Of a stretch of DNA of 64,000 bases, positions 10,373 to 20,357 are shown piece after piece. Position 1 is the first letter of the stretch; the number at the start of each line of letters is the position of its first letter. The notes beneath the pieces are model-generated. The model saw nothing but the letters and a program-made list of their open reading frames with translations, ran no database searches and was not told where the DNA came from. A program made the translations under genes and the position numbers. The DNA lies in IMG/VR virus record IMGVR_UViG_3300037245_001419, positions 124,001 to 188,000 of that record; one strand, written 5' to 3'.

Positions 10373-11400
10373 ACATTTTATACCTAGTGGACAAAAAATA
10401 TTACGACACCAAGATGTCAAGAATTCGTTTCCGAACCATGGAAGCAATCGAAGAATTATGTGATGATTCGCCAGATAATAAATTTTACTGGTATGGCCCA
10501 GGTTGGAACGGATGGGACATACTGAAGACAGCATCAGAAAACATTAAAGATGCATTTGATGGTAATTCAAATCACATAAACCTTATAGTAGCATATAAAC
10601 CTTTAGATATCTACAAGGCAGATGAACTCCATAAAGAATATAAATGCTGCTTAAATTATAATGAAATGTATGATGTTGATTGGACTAAAAAAGAGATCAA
10701 ATATTTTGGTGCGACATTAGTTATCTGTCACCACTATAACGACTGGGAAAAATTTAATCATTATCCATCATTAAATGCGATAGAGTTCCATTACATTCCA
10801 CACTCAGCAGATGAGAAAGCATTTAAGCAATGGAGCTTTGACGGTGTACAGCTACCAAAAATATATGATGTCATGTTAGTGGGTGCATATAATGTATCTA
10901 ATAAATTTGGCAACATATACCCCTTACGTGACAGGCTATCAAAGCTACTTCCAAAGATAGCACCCAAATATAGATGGGGTATATTTAACCATCCATCATA
11001 TGAAAGAGAAGACGCTAATTCAAATCAGTACGCAGAGTTTTTCAGTAAAGCTTTAAATTCTACCAGGATTGCCGTATGCGACTCTTCTATATTTAAGTAT
11101 AGATTAGGCAAGTACATTGAAGTTCCTGCAAGCGGAACTGTATTAGCAGCAGATATGCCGATGACACATCCAGTAGACCAAGAAGCCCTTAAAAATGTCA
11201 TAATCGACATAAATATGGATATGTCAGATCAAGAAATTATAGATACTATAGCAGAATACTTAGAAGACGATACTAAGTATAACCTAAAGGTAAAGAATGG
11301 ATTGGAATATGCTAAAGCATTTACATGCGAATCATACGCCACTAAATTCTTAGATATAATTACGGATTTATATGAAGATACAAATACACACCCTCAATAA
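10369..11400 (+). CDS. GT-B glycosyltransferase (CgeB/YkvP-like)
   Basis: YDVMLVG...YPLRDRL...KYIEVPASGTVL. ATG 10369 follows GAGGAG. Confidence 0.75.
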   Translation: MNILYLVDKKYYDTKMSRIRFRTMEAIEELCDDSPDNKFYWYGPGWNGWDILKTASENIKDAFDGNSNHINLIVAYKPLDIYKADELHKEYKCCLNYNEMYDVDWTKKEIKYFGATLVICHHYNDWEKFNHYPSLNAIEFHYIPHSADEKAFKQWSFDGVQLPKIYDVMLVGAYNVSNKFGNIYPLRDRLSKLLPKIAPKYRWGIFNHPSYEREDANSNQYAEFFSKALNSTRIAVCDSSIFKYRLGKYIEVPASGTVLAADMPMTHPVDQEALKNVIIDINMDMSDQEIIDTIAEYLEDDTKYNLKVKNGLEYAKAFTCESYATKFLDIITDLYEDTNTHPQ

Positions 11401-11815
11401 TAATTTAGCTAAACTTAATGAAATATTAATATATGATAGCAAAGCAGATGAGTATCGACACATTAGTCGTAGCATTAAACCAGATGTTGTATGGTGCTTA
11501 TCAATAGAGGACTGGAAGTCTTTAGGTATAGACACGCTGAAGATACATAAGATAGTATTCAGTATGTATATATCAGACAAATACGAATTTAGTAGAAAAG
11601 AGTTTTTATTTAGAGACAACTTTGCAGCAGCATATCATGTTGTAGATGAAGAGACGAAAGAGCTAATTGAAAAATTGTCATTTAAACCTGTATACCTTAT
11701 TCCATATGAAGAAGATAATATAGATACATTTGATAGAACTGTAATTGAAAACTTTAAAACATCCAAAACTTTTCATAAAAAAATAATGGATATATTTAAA
11801 GAACTTAAAGAGTAA
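11372..11815 (+). CDS. Hypothetical protein in the glycosylation operon
   Basis: ORF overlaps its neighbours in the operon. Confidence 0.55.
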   Translation: MKIQIHTLNNNLAKLNEILIYDSKADEYRHISRSIKPDVVWCLSIEDWKSLGIDTLKIHKIVFSMYISDKYEFSRKEFLFRDNFAAAYHVVDEETKELIEKLSFKPVYLIPYEEDNIDTFDRTVIENFKTSKTFHKKIMDIFKELKE

Positions 11816-11816
11816 T

Positions 11817-12686
11817 ATGAGAAGGGTAGTATTTACATCGGAAAGATCTAACATGGCGACTGCAGGTTCTTTTTACCTGCGTGCAGTCCAAGTGTACATG
11901 GCATTGCAGAGACATGGCATAAAAGCTTTTATGGAGTCCCCTGAAAAATTAGCTACACAGTCAGGAAACATTATATTCTTTATAAAACCTATTGAAAATA
12001 GCATGGAAAAGATTGAAACACTATGCGAGAATAACACAGTAATTTTAGATCCTTTAGATTTCATACCAATATTTAAAGACCTACCTCCTGGATTAGTACA
12101 TGGTTGCTTATTCAACAATAATAAAGCTAGAAATAAGTTTATTCATTTGTTTAAAAATAAAGAAATGTGTCCAGTTATCTATCATCACATAGACTTACGA
12201 TTTCGGAGCGCAACGAATCCACCAGACGAACTAAAGTTTTTATACTTAGGCACTAACTCTGAAAGAAAAGTATATGCTTACAATGAGTTCGACGATATTG
12301 ATTACAAATCAATTAATGGCAATCCTTCAGATTTTAACCAGTACACAGATCTTATAGGAAAGTACAACTGTCACTATATTGTTAACGGTTTAAAAGACGC
12401 TAAACGAAGATCATACGAGCCTTTCACAAAGTTAGCAATGGCATCTATTAATCACAGTCCCGTAATAACATATAAGAAAGATCACATTGAAATATTAGGA
12501 GAATACTATCCTTATTATATAACTAGTAAAGATATAGGTTCTGTAAAAAATATGATAAACTACATAAAAAAGACTTATAAAACTAAAGTATGGAATGATG
12601 CAGTCTCTATAATGAAAGATGCTAAAGAGAAGTTTTTACTTGGTAATACAATTCATACATATATAGATATTATAAAAAAACATTAA
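11817..12686 (+). CDS. Putative GT-B glycosyltransferase
   Basis: GSFYLRA...KP...ILDPLD...YHHID...KLAMA pattern; operon context. Confidence 0.5.
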   Translation: MRRVVFTSERSNMATAGSFYLRAVQVYMALQRHGIKAFMESPEKLATQSGNIIFFIKPIENSMEKIETLCENNTVILDPLDFIPIFKDLPPGLVHGCLFNNNKARNKFIHLFKNKEMCPVIYHHIDLRFRSATNPPDELKFLYLGTNSERKVYAYNEFDDIDYKSINGNPSDFNQYTDLIGKYNCHYIVNGLKDAKRRSYEPFTKLAMASINHSPVITYKKDHIEILGEYYPYYITSKDIGSVKNMINYIKKTYKTKVWNDAVSIMKDAKEKFLLGNTIHTYIDIIKKH

Positions 12687-12718
12687 GGATAAATTGAAAT
12701 GAAAGTTTATATAGTGTC

Positions 12719-13631
12719 CGACATTGTTGACGGGCCGATGGGCGGTCGCAATCAACTAGTAAAATTTTTAATACACCTACTCAAACAAAAAAATGTATAC
12801 ACCGATAATGTGAAAGATGCAGACATAATCTTATTTGATTCTTGGCATAGATACAACGATGTCATAGAGCTTAAAAAAATATATGAAGACAAGATATTTG
12901 TGCATCGATTAGATGGCCCTATAAAACTATATAATAATATGGATGATAACAGGGACGATATAATATACGCTATGAATGGAAGAATTGCTTCAGCTACTAT
13001 ATTCCAATCTGAATACTCAAAACATAATAATGAGGAGATGGGACTATTAATAGACAAGCCATTCATAGTCGCCAACAATGTTGCAGACAGTAGATACTTC
13101 TATAGAAATAAAGATATTACAGAAGAAAAAGATTCATCTGGTAGAATAGAAATAATATCTACTTCATTTTCAAGTAACTACAAGAAAGGTTTTGACGTAT
13201 ATGAATACCTCGATAACAACCTGGACTTCGACACCTACAATTATACATTCATTGGAAACAGCCCTGTCAAATTTAAAAATATAATACACAAACCGCCAAT
13301 GAATAGCTTAGATCTGGGCAATGAGCTTCGAAACAGCGACTTATATATTTCGGCATCATTGAACGACCCCTGTTCCAACTCTTTAATAGAAGCTAAAGCA
13401 TGCGGTCTCCCAGTAATTGCACGAAACTCAGGTGGTCATCCTGAGATCGTCGGCAAAGGTAGTTTATTATTTAACGATACTGATAATATACTAGAAATTA
13501 TCAACGAAACATACGATAACTTAGTCACACTAATGTATGAAATAACCTCAAGAACTCCTAAAGATTTCATCGAACAATATATACAGTTTTTCACAGACCT
13601 ATTAAATCAGTCAAGGAACAACAATGATTAA
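12719..13631 (+). CDS. Glycosyltransferase family 4
   Basis: GPMGG, IFQSEY, DLYISASLNDPCSNSLIEAKACGLPVI, SGGHPEIV (EX7E-type motif). Confidence 0.9.
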
Positions 13632-14211
13632 TAAACCACTTATGGCTAACGACGATTTTATTAAAAAAGAAGCTAAGAAACATTCTTCTGAGAAGAAAAG
13701 AATAGTAACAATGTCTAAGAATGTTATTAGAAATGAACATGCAGAAATAATCAAAAAAATTAACGTAAAAAGAATGTTATGTATTGGTTGTAGACATGAT
13801 TCAGAAATAGTTTCATTTAACAAGAATGGATTCAGTGCGTCAGGTATCGACGTTGCAATAGAGACAGACCTTATCAAGCGTATGAACGCTCACGATATAA
13901 AAGAAACTTTTTCTGAAAATGAATTTGATGTTGTGTACTCTTCACATTCATTGGAACATATGTATGATCCTAAATTAGTGTTAGAAGGTATCAAGAAAAT
14001 AAGTAAACATGGCGTGTTTATTGTTCTCCCAATACAAATAAATGGTCAGCCATCTCATTCGCACCCCACAATGTTTGATGTGATGTTAAACCCACCACAA
14101 AGACTAAAAAAAGACAATCCTGTTTTAGACGACTTTAGTTGTCTTGGAGAATTTAAGGTGTCGTATTATAAAAAATCTTATGATGAAATAATTATGTATT
14201 TAACTTGGTAA
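13624..14211 (+). CDS. Class I SAM-dependent methyltransferase
   Basis: MLCIGCR...GID...FDVVYSSHSLEH. Confidence 0.85.
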   Translation: MINKPLMANDDFIKKEAKKHSSEKKRIVTMSKNVIRNEHAEIIKKINVKRMLCIGCRHDSEIVSFNKNGFSASGIDVAIETDLIKRMNAHDIKETFSENEFDVVYSSHSLEHMYDPKLVLEGIKKISKHGVFIVLPIQINGQPSHSHPTMFDVMLNPPQRLKKDNPVLDDFSCLGEFKVSYYKKSYDEIIMYLTW

Positions 14212-14217
14212 TAATTT

Positions 14218-14943
14218 ATGAAAATAGGTTGTATAATCAGATCCGTTGGTGAACGGACAGAAAATTTATGTATAGACTCTGTTGAACAATACATCAGTGA
14301 TGTTAATATAATAAAAAATGTTAGTCCATTTCACAAGGCTGTAGATCAAATGTTTGAGTATGCAGCTAAACAAGATTGGGACTGGTACATTGGTCTCGAT
14401 GCAGACGTAATACTTGCACCAGGTTGGTACGACACTTTAGTTAACTACCTCACTCATTTAGAAGGGAATGTTTTTAGAATAGACTTTCAGATTAAAGATA
14501 AGTTTGTTGACCCATTATTATGGGGGGTGCATGTTTATAATAATACCCACACTTCCTTATTAAGAGATGTATTGAAAAAAACTACACATCTAAATAAACC
14601 TGAGAGTGCCATTGTACACCAATTAAGAACCCACGCAAAGGCAATCAACGCCACTGGGATACTATTAGGATACCATGGATACCACCAATACAAGAAAGAC
14701 ATATTTAATAGATTTGCATTAAGAGCAACCCGTAACCCTGAGTGGTTAGAAAAATATAAATTGTTTAAACACTACGATGAAGATACAGCCATTGGAAAAC
14801 AAGGATGGAAGTATGGTCGAAAAAATATAAAAAAGATTGACTTCATGGACTACAATAATAAGAAAGACTTTGAGAACGAGTATCCACCTCTTAAAATAAC
14901 ACTTGAAGAATTCTATAAAGAAATAAAGGAGAGCAATGTTTAA
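14218..14943 (+). CDS. Putative GT-A glycosyltransferase
   Basis: IIRSVGERTE...WYIGLDADV (DxD). Confidence 0.6.
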   Translation: MKIGCIIRSVGERTENLCIDSVEQYISDVNIIKNVSPFHKAVDQMFEYAAKQDWDWYIGLDADVILAPGWYDTLVNYLTHLEGNVFRIDFQIKDKFVDPLLWGVHVYNNTHTSLLRDVLKKTTHLNKPESAIVHQLRTHAKAINATGILLGYHGYHQYKKDIFNRFALRATRNPEWLEKYKLFKHYDEDTAIGKQGWKYGRKNIKKIDFMDYNNKKDFENEYPPLKITLEEFYKEIKESNV

Positions 14944-15520
14944 GTCTACTCTTGATAAAATAAAACACAAAGATACTTACGGCCCAACAACTTCTCGAAA
15001 ATTTAAAGAAGATATGATAGAAATTCTTATGGATAAACCCTGGAATGGAGACATACTAGAAGTAGGAATATTTACAGGTGAGACCACTCTCATTTTAGCA
15101 AAAATTGCAGAGAAGTTAAATAAAAAAGTATACGCATTTGAACAAAACAGTTCGTACATTAACCAAACACAGAGACTTCTAAAAGCTCATAATATAACTA
15201 ATGTAGAAATACAATTGAAAGATGTATATACGCAAGAATGGACAGTTGAAAATATAGGCTGTACGTTTATTGATTGTGTTCATACGCAAATGCATATTAG
15301 ACAAGACATACATAATACAAAATCAGTCATGTCAGGCAAAGGCTTTGTTTTTGTCCATGATTATGGGTTGATTGATGAACATGGTCAAAGTATAAAGCCA
15401 TATATAGATATATGTGAAATAACAAAGATCGTTAGGTTTATGGGTGAAGAATCCGATTGGGATAAAGTCCCGTATGGTAAAATTGTTGACTGGGAAGCAG
15501 CCCAATTGGAATTTATATAA
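14936..15520 (+). CDS. SAM-dependent methyltransferase (Methyltransf_24-like)
   Basis: ILEVGIFTGET...FIDCVH...VFVHDY. Confidence 0.82.
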   Translation: MFKSTLDKIKHKDTYGPTTSRKFKEDMIEILMDKPWNGDILEVGIFTGETTLILAKIAEKLNKKVYAFEQNSSYINQTQRLLKAHNITNVEIQLKDVYTQEWTVENIGCTFIDCVHTQMHIRQDIHNTKSVMSGKGFVFVHDYGLIDEHGQSIKPYIDICEITKIVRFMGEESDWDKVPYGKIVDWEAAQLEFI

Positions 15521-15532
15521 CAAGGAGTATAT

Positions 15533-16441
15533 ATGAAAATATTAGTAACAGGTGGCTTAGGCTTTATAGGGTCAAACTTAGTAGATAAACTATGTGAAGA
15601 TCTTAACAATGATGTATATGTAATGGATAATTTGTCACGGGGTGACGAGATTAGAGCAAACATCAAAGCAACTACATATTCAGTAGATATTCGGGACGAA
15701 CCAGATGTAAATTTCTTTTTCCCCAATGGTCTAGACGTAATAGTCCATTTAGCAGCCTTAGCACGCATACAGCCGTCTTTCGAAGAACCCGTAGAGACAT
15801 GTTCTGTTAATATAGAAGGCACGCAGAAGGTACTCGAAATGGCCCGTAAACTGAAGTGTAAGGTTGTATACGCAGGTTCTAGTTCTGCACTTGGCGATCC
15901 TCATATTAATCCTTATTCATCATCCAAATATATGGGTGAACAAATGGTTGAAGCATACTATAAATGTTTCGATGTTCCAGGAGTTATAACCCGTTTCTAT
16001 AATGTATACGGAAATCGTAACGTCCAGGATGAAAAAATGGGTAATCTATTAGGAATATTACAAAAACAATACCTAGAAGACAAGCCCCTTACTTTAGTTG
16101 AAGATTGTAAGTCAAAAAAGAGAGATTTTACTTCAGTTAATGATATATGTGCCGGATTGATGCTCGCTGCAAGTCTAGATGGAGAGAAAATGAAAGCTCA
16201 GATATATAATTTGGGTAGAGGGTCGAACTTATCGGTCTATGAGGTTGGTATGTTCTTCAAAAAGTACTCTAAAAAGGATATAGTGATCGAATATTTACCT
16301 AAGAGAAAGGGAGAACAGGCAACGTCTTTAGCTGACCTGAAGAAATCACACTCTGAGTTGGGGTTCTACCCCGAAGAAAATATGGAAGATTATATACAAA
16401 ATTGGATTGAAATGAAGGAGATTGATGATGTCAATTTATAA
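15533..16441 (+). CDS. NAD-dependent NDP-sugar epimerase/dehydratase
   Basis: ILVTGGLGFIGS, HLAA, YSSSK (YxxxK), RFYNVYG, RDFT. Confidence 0.93.
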   Translation: MKILVTGGLGFIGSNLVDKLCEDLNNDVYVMDNLSRGDEIRANIKATTYSVDIRDEPDVNFFFPNGLDVIVHLAALARIQPSFEEPVETCSVNIEGTQKVLEMARKLKCKVVYAGSSSALGDPHINPYSSSKYMGEQMVEAYYKCFDVPGVITRFYNVYGNRNVQDEKMGNLLGILQKQYLEDKPLTLVEDCKSKKRDFTSVNDICAGLMLAASLDGEKMKAQIYNLGRGSNLSVYEVGMFFKKYSKKDIVIEYLPKRKGEQATSLADLKKSHSELGFYPEENMEDYIQNWIEMKEIDDVNL

Positions 16442-17210
16442 AAGATTAGATTTTAGCGGTTTGAATGGTTATGGAATAGCAGGTATGGGTTTTGTAGGCT
16501 CAGCTGTATTCAATACCTTTAATAATAAAGATTTTATTGTAGTATACGACAAATATAAAAAACATTTAGACAATAAACTGCCCATATTGAAAAAATGTAC
16601 ATACATATTTGCATGTCTACCCACCCCTATGGGTAAAAATGGCAAACAAGATTTCTCTGCATATCATACATTCTTTAAAGAGATTGAAGGGTATGAAGGT
16701 ATAGTTATTGTAAAAAGTACAGTATTATACTCAAATATAAAACCATACCTTGATAATTTCAACATAGTTATGAATCCAGAGTTTCTTAATCAGAATTCCG
16801 CATACTCTGACATGGAAAATGAGAAGGTAGTTATACTTGGTGGTGAAATTGACCTGGTAACTAAAGTAAAAAAACTTTATCAGAATAGCATGGGCAAAAA
16901 AGATGTATCATTTGAGATGTGCTCTATTGAAGAATCTATTAATATTAAGTATTTACATAACAACTACCACGCATATAAGGTATTGTTCTGGAATATGGTA
17001 TATGAAGTCACTGGAAATCACCGCAAAATCTTTGATGTGTACTCTAAACTCACTGGTAATACTCATGAGATGGCTAACGTAGCCTCAGATGGTAAGCTAG
17101 GATACGGTGGTGCATGCTTCCCGAAAGACGTAAACGCATTTTTTCATGAACATAACCACGAACTTAGCGAATTCATGAACAAATATAACGACCGTTTAAG
17201 AGGCGAATAA
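16422..17210 (+). CDS. UDP-glucose/GDP-mannose dehydrogenase family, lacking the C-terminal domain
   Basis: GMGFVG, CLPTP, KSTV, NPEFL, GYGGACFPKD (catalytic Cys); ends about 25 aa later. Confidence 0.88.
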   Translation: MMMSIYKRLDFSGLNGYGIAGMGFVGSAVFNTFNNKDFIVVYDKYKKHLDNKLPILKKCTYIFACLPTPMGKNGKQDFSAYHTFFKEIEGYEGIVIVKSTVLYSNIKPYLDNFNIVMNPEFLNQNSAYSDMENEKVVILGGEIDLVTKVKKLYQNSMGKKDVSFEMCSIEESINIKYLHNNYHAYKVLFWNMVYEVTGNHRKIFDVYSKLTGNTHEMANVASDGKLGYGGACFPKDVNAFFHEHNHELSEFMNKYNDRLRGE

Positions 17211-17262
17211 CTAAAGTAAACCCATAATATAAATACTTCAAACCATTTTGGAGTGTTTGTAT

Positions 17263-17787
17263 ATGGGTTTCCCTAACGCTTTTAGTTCCGACAAGTTTCA
17301 ATTAAGATTTAGCAACATACCTACTGTCGGTGACAAGAAGGTAGACACTAGACTATTTGATTTATATGTCAAATCAATCATTGTATCAGATATTAACGAA
17401 GAGTTAGTTAACTCTGACATCTTTAATTTTCAGATAAGACATCCTATATCTAGAGCGAATGAAAATCTCAATCAGCTCATCATAGAATTTGTGTTAGATG
17501 AAGATTTCGAGAACTACTTCACGTTCTTTAATTTCATGCAACAAGAGAGATACCTGTACACTGAGAACACACCATCACAACCAAACGATGTTTTTAGACT
17601 TAATAATATAAAAACAATCGCCCTGGAACTACTGGATAATCAAGGCAGAGTTAAAAAAAGCCTGGACTTTACAGAAGCATATATTACATCCCTTAATTCA
17701 CTCAATTTAATTATGGGACTGTCAGAACAAGTAACATTTAATGCGTCATTTCAATACGAGCAGATATTGTTTAGAGAGAACGATTAA
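17263..17787 (+). CDS. T4 gp3-like tail terminator / tube-fold protein
   Basis: FQLRFSNIP...IEFVLDEDFENYF...LELLDN...FTEAYITSL; late promoter at 17228. Confidence 0.7.
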   Translation: MGFPNAFSSDKFQLRFSNIPTVGDKKVDTRLFDLYVKSIIVSDINEELVNSDIFNFQIRHPISRANENLNQLIIEFVLDEDFENYFTFFNFMQQERYLYTENTPSQPNDVFRLNNIKTIALELLDNQGRVKKSLDFTEAYITSLNSLNLIMGLSEQVTFNASFQYEQILFREND

Positions 17788-17816
17788 AATGTGAAAATTT
17801 TATAAATATTAAAAAA

Positions 17817-18227
17817 TTGATTGAAGAGGACTATATGGAAACTATAGATAATTTGATAGAGTTTGAACCTTTGACTGATCTTAAGATCATCAAAGAAACT
17901 CTAGGCAGAATGGGTATCGCCAACAAGAAAGATAAAATATTATACCCGACAGCGTACATTTATGGAAACTTCGATAAGATGTACCTGGCACATTTCAAAC
18001 AACTGTTCCTTCTATCCCGTAAAGATGCGTATCCAAATGTATCAAGCGAAGACATAGAGAGACTAAACAGTATAGCTTTCTGCTTAGAAAGTTGGGGCCT
18101 TATTAAAATAATAAACGAAAGCATCGAACCCCACAACAAATTTATATTCGTTCTCCCATTTGAAGAAAAAGTAAACTGGGAAATATCACATAAATTCAAC
18201 ATTAAATCACTAAAATTTGCGAGGTAG
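17817..18227 (+). CDS. regA: T4-like translational repressor RegA
   Basis: IKETLGRMGIANKKDKILY...HFKQL...RLNSIAFCLESWGLIKI closely follows T4 RegA. Confidence 0.93.
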   Translation: MIEEDYMETIDNLIEFEPLTDLKIIKETLGRMGIANKKDKILYPTAYIYGNFDKMYLAHFKQLFLLSRKDAYPNVSSEDIERLNSIAFCLESWGLIKIINESIEPHNKFIFVLPFEEKVNWEISHKFNIKSLKFAR

Positions 18228-18228
18228 C

Positions 18229-18372
18229 ATGAAAAGTTATGGCTTATTTGACGACGACGAGAATGGTTTAGAAGACGGTATGGGAATACCAAAATACGAT
18301 AATATATTTGGTGAAGAACCGGAAGAAGAGACAGAAGAATTAGATTTTTCACACGATGATGAGAATTTATAA
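18229..18372 (+). CDS. 47-aa acidic peptide (not in the ORF track)
   Basis: GAGGT SD, then MKSYGLFDDDENGLEDGMGIPKYDNIFGEEPEEETEELDFSHDDENL. Confidence 0.55.
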   Translation: MKSYGLFDDDENGLEDGMGIPKYDNIFGEEPEEETEELDFSHDDENL

Positions 18373-18397
18373 ATAATAGAATAAAGCGGAGGGACGA

Positions 18398-18904
18398 ATG
18401 CCTTATTTTAACGAATACATAAAAACATTACTTGAGAACGATGAAAATTGTGTTTTTATCAATGAAGACGACATTCAGAATTATGATCTGTCACAAATGG
18501 ATGAGAGAATCATTAAACAGAGAGTTGTTAGAGGTGGTAAAAGAAAGTTTAAATTTCAAACGAGTAAGGCTGGATTCAAAGTTTTAGTAAACAAAGAAGG
18601 CGTACCGAAAGAAGTTTTAATTCCACCCAAAGAAAGAAAAGCAAGAGAAATTTCACAGAAACGAGCTGCAAGACTAAGAAAAGTTAAGCAAGATCCGGCA
18701 CAAGAAAAAAGAGCTGCATCAATCAAACGATCTGAGATCATCCATAAGACTTCTTCAGAAAAGAAGCAAGATGAGCTACTTAAGAAGAAAAGAGATAAAG
18801 AAAAAGAAGATAAAGAAAGACAAAAACGCTTAACAGGTGGTGGTGGTACTAAGCCAAGCGACACCAAGAGAGAATCTTTCTCAGGAGTATACTATGGGAT
18901 TTAG
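18398..18904 (+). CDS. Prohead core protein, gp68-like
   Basis: Acidic N-terminus followed by basic RVVRGGK...GFK...ERKAR...KRAAR...KRAASIKRS, resembling T4-like gp68 core proteins. Confidence 0.55.
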   Translation: MPYFNEYIKTLLENDENCVFINEDDIQNYDLSQMDERIIKQRVVRGGKRKFKFQTSKAGFKVLVNKEGVPKEVLIPPKERKAREISQKRAARLRKVKQDPAQEKRAASIKRSEIIHKTSSEKKQDELLKKKRDKEKEDKERQKRLTGGGGTKPSDTKRESFSGVYYGI

Positions 18905-19073
18905 ACAATTTTTTTACGTTGAAACTAAATCACCAAAAACCAGTGGTACACGCTTTGGATTTGCTCACGTCATTAGACACCCTGCCACATCTAGTAAAGA
19001 GAATGGTAACGGCAATGGTGAAGGTGATAGTGGTAGCGATGGTGGTGGTGATGGTGGCGGTGGGGGCGAGTAA
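18894..19073 (+). CDS. Small putative internal head protein
   Basis: AGGAG then ATG 18894: MGFRQFFYVE..., Gly-rich tail. Confidence 0.55.
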   Translation: MGFRQFFYVETKSPKTSGTRFGFAHVIRHPATSSKENGNGNGEGDSGSDGGGDGGGGGE

Positions 19074-19075
19074 CT

Positions 19076-19594
19076 GTGAACTTTAAAGATTTTTATAGCA
19101 TAGACCCAGTAATAGTTAATCTCTCTGAAGCACTTCAGATGGACGAAGAAACTGTTGCAGATCTGCGTTCATCTACAGATTCTGGAAGAAAGAAAAGATC
19201 TGGCCCAGTGGGTTCATTTTTTGAGAATGTATCAGCTAATTGGACGGTTATGTATACCTCTACTGCAGTAACTACACCAGGCGTAAGCCGTTGGACTCAA
19301 TATATTCAACCAGTAAATTTACCTGGACTGCGAGCATCACTAGATGAAGTGAGAGCATCATTTAATGGTGACGTTTTGGCGCATTGTACGTGTCCAGATT
19401 ATCGTTACAGGCTCGAATATTATGCAACACAAGATAGTTGGAATTATGGATCTGGGCAATCGACACCACCAAATGTAACAAATCCACCACCACCTCAGTA
19501 TGGAAAACTATGCAAGCATCTGGTAAATAGCATGGGTGTTATCAAAGGATCAACACCTACGATATTAAGCAATTACAGAAAGAAATTTTTATAG
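19076..19594 (+). CDS. SWIM zinc-finger protein
   Basis: HCTCPDYRYR...GKLCKHL (CxC...CxH). Confidence 0.8.
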   Translation: MNFKDFYSIDPVIVNLSEALQMDEETVADLRSSTDSGRKKRSGPVGSFFENVSANWTVMYTSTAVTTPGVSRWTQYIQPVNLPGLRASLDEVRASFNGDVLAHCTCPDYRYRLEYYATQDSWNYGSGQSTPPNVTNPPPPQYGKLCKHLVNSMGVIKGSTPTILSNYRKKFL

Positions 19595-19603
19595 GAGTAT
19601 TGA

Positions 19604-19858
19604 ATGAGTTTTTTTGAATTTTTAAATGAGAAAAGATTACTAGAAGAATTGGGAAACTTCCCAGACATAGCACTCAAAGCAGGTCGTAAGAAAAAATTCT
19701 TAGTAGTTGAATATAGTGAATGTGATGGTGGAATTAAGTTAAAATCCAACCAAGGCAAAGTTTTAGCTGAACATGACGTAGGGCAATTCCTACATGCAGA
19801 TCTACTTTGTCACTTCCTTGAGGCTCACGACCATCAAGTAAAACTAAAAGAGATATAA
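19604..19858 (+). CDS. Small putative internal head protein
   Basis: MSFFEFLNE N-terminus; AGGAG SD. Confidence 0.5.
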   Translation: MSFFEFLNEKRLLEELGNFPDIALKAGRKKKFLVVEYSECDGGIKLKSNQGKVLAEHDVGQFLHADLLCHFLEAHDHQVKLKEI

Positions 19859-19900
19859 ATAGTAACAGATTGATTGAATAATTCGGGAGGATAATTTAAT

Positions 19901-20221
19901 ATGAGTTTTAGACAATTTTTTTATGAAGGCATGGCCGTTCTTAATGATAGACAAAGCAAACTAGAAGCATCACCATACCCACGAGTGGGGAGAACTTCTT
20001 ATAATGCAGTCGATGAGAATACATGGTCTGGTCACGATGCACACGCACATGGATTTAATCTAGATGAGAACGGTAACGGTAAAACAGATAGCTTCGGTAA
20101 CGTAAGCGGAAAAGATACCCACTACCATGAAGTTAGAGGATGGGCAGTATTGCCAGCCAATAACCACGCTCACGGACTTACAGACAAATCTATCAGCGAT
20201 AAGAACTTCAAGAACAGCTAA
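19901..20221 (+). CDS. His-rich YmaF-like protein, putative internal head protein
   Basis: MSFRQFFYE start; repeated HxH motifs (HAH, HYH, HAH); late promoter at 19854. Confidence 0.55.
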   Translation: MSFRQFFYEGMAVLNDRQSKLEASPYPRVGRTSYNAVDENTWSGHDAHAHGFNLDENGNGKTDSFGNVSGKDTHYHEVRGWAVLPANNHAHGLTDKSISDKNFKNS

Positions 20222-20357
20222 GGATTAAAGTAATCACCTTCAGATGGTATTTCTTTATCCCACGGCCAATAGACATGAAAATTATCTGGTATGTAATGAA
20301 TGCCAGGTATTAAACTTATGGAAATCACTATGTGATTTTCGTTTGTGATTATACACA

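Noticed and set aside
206-19758. Antisense ORFs across the structural and glycosylation genes (e.g. 206-907, 15385-15822, 17960-18352)
   Set aside because: Shadow ORFs opposite well-supported genes, with no motifs or RBS.
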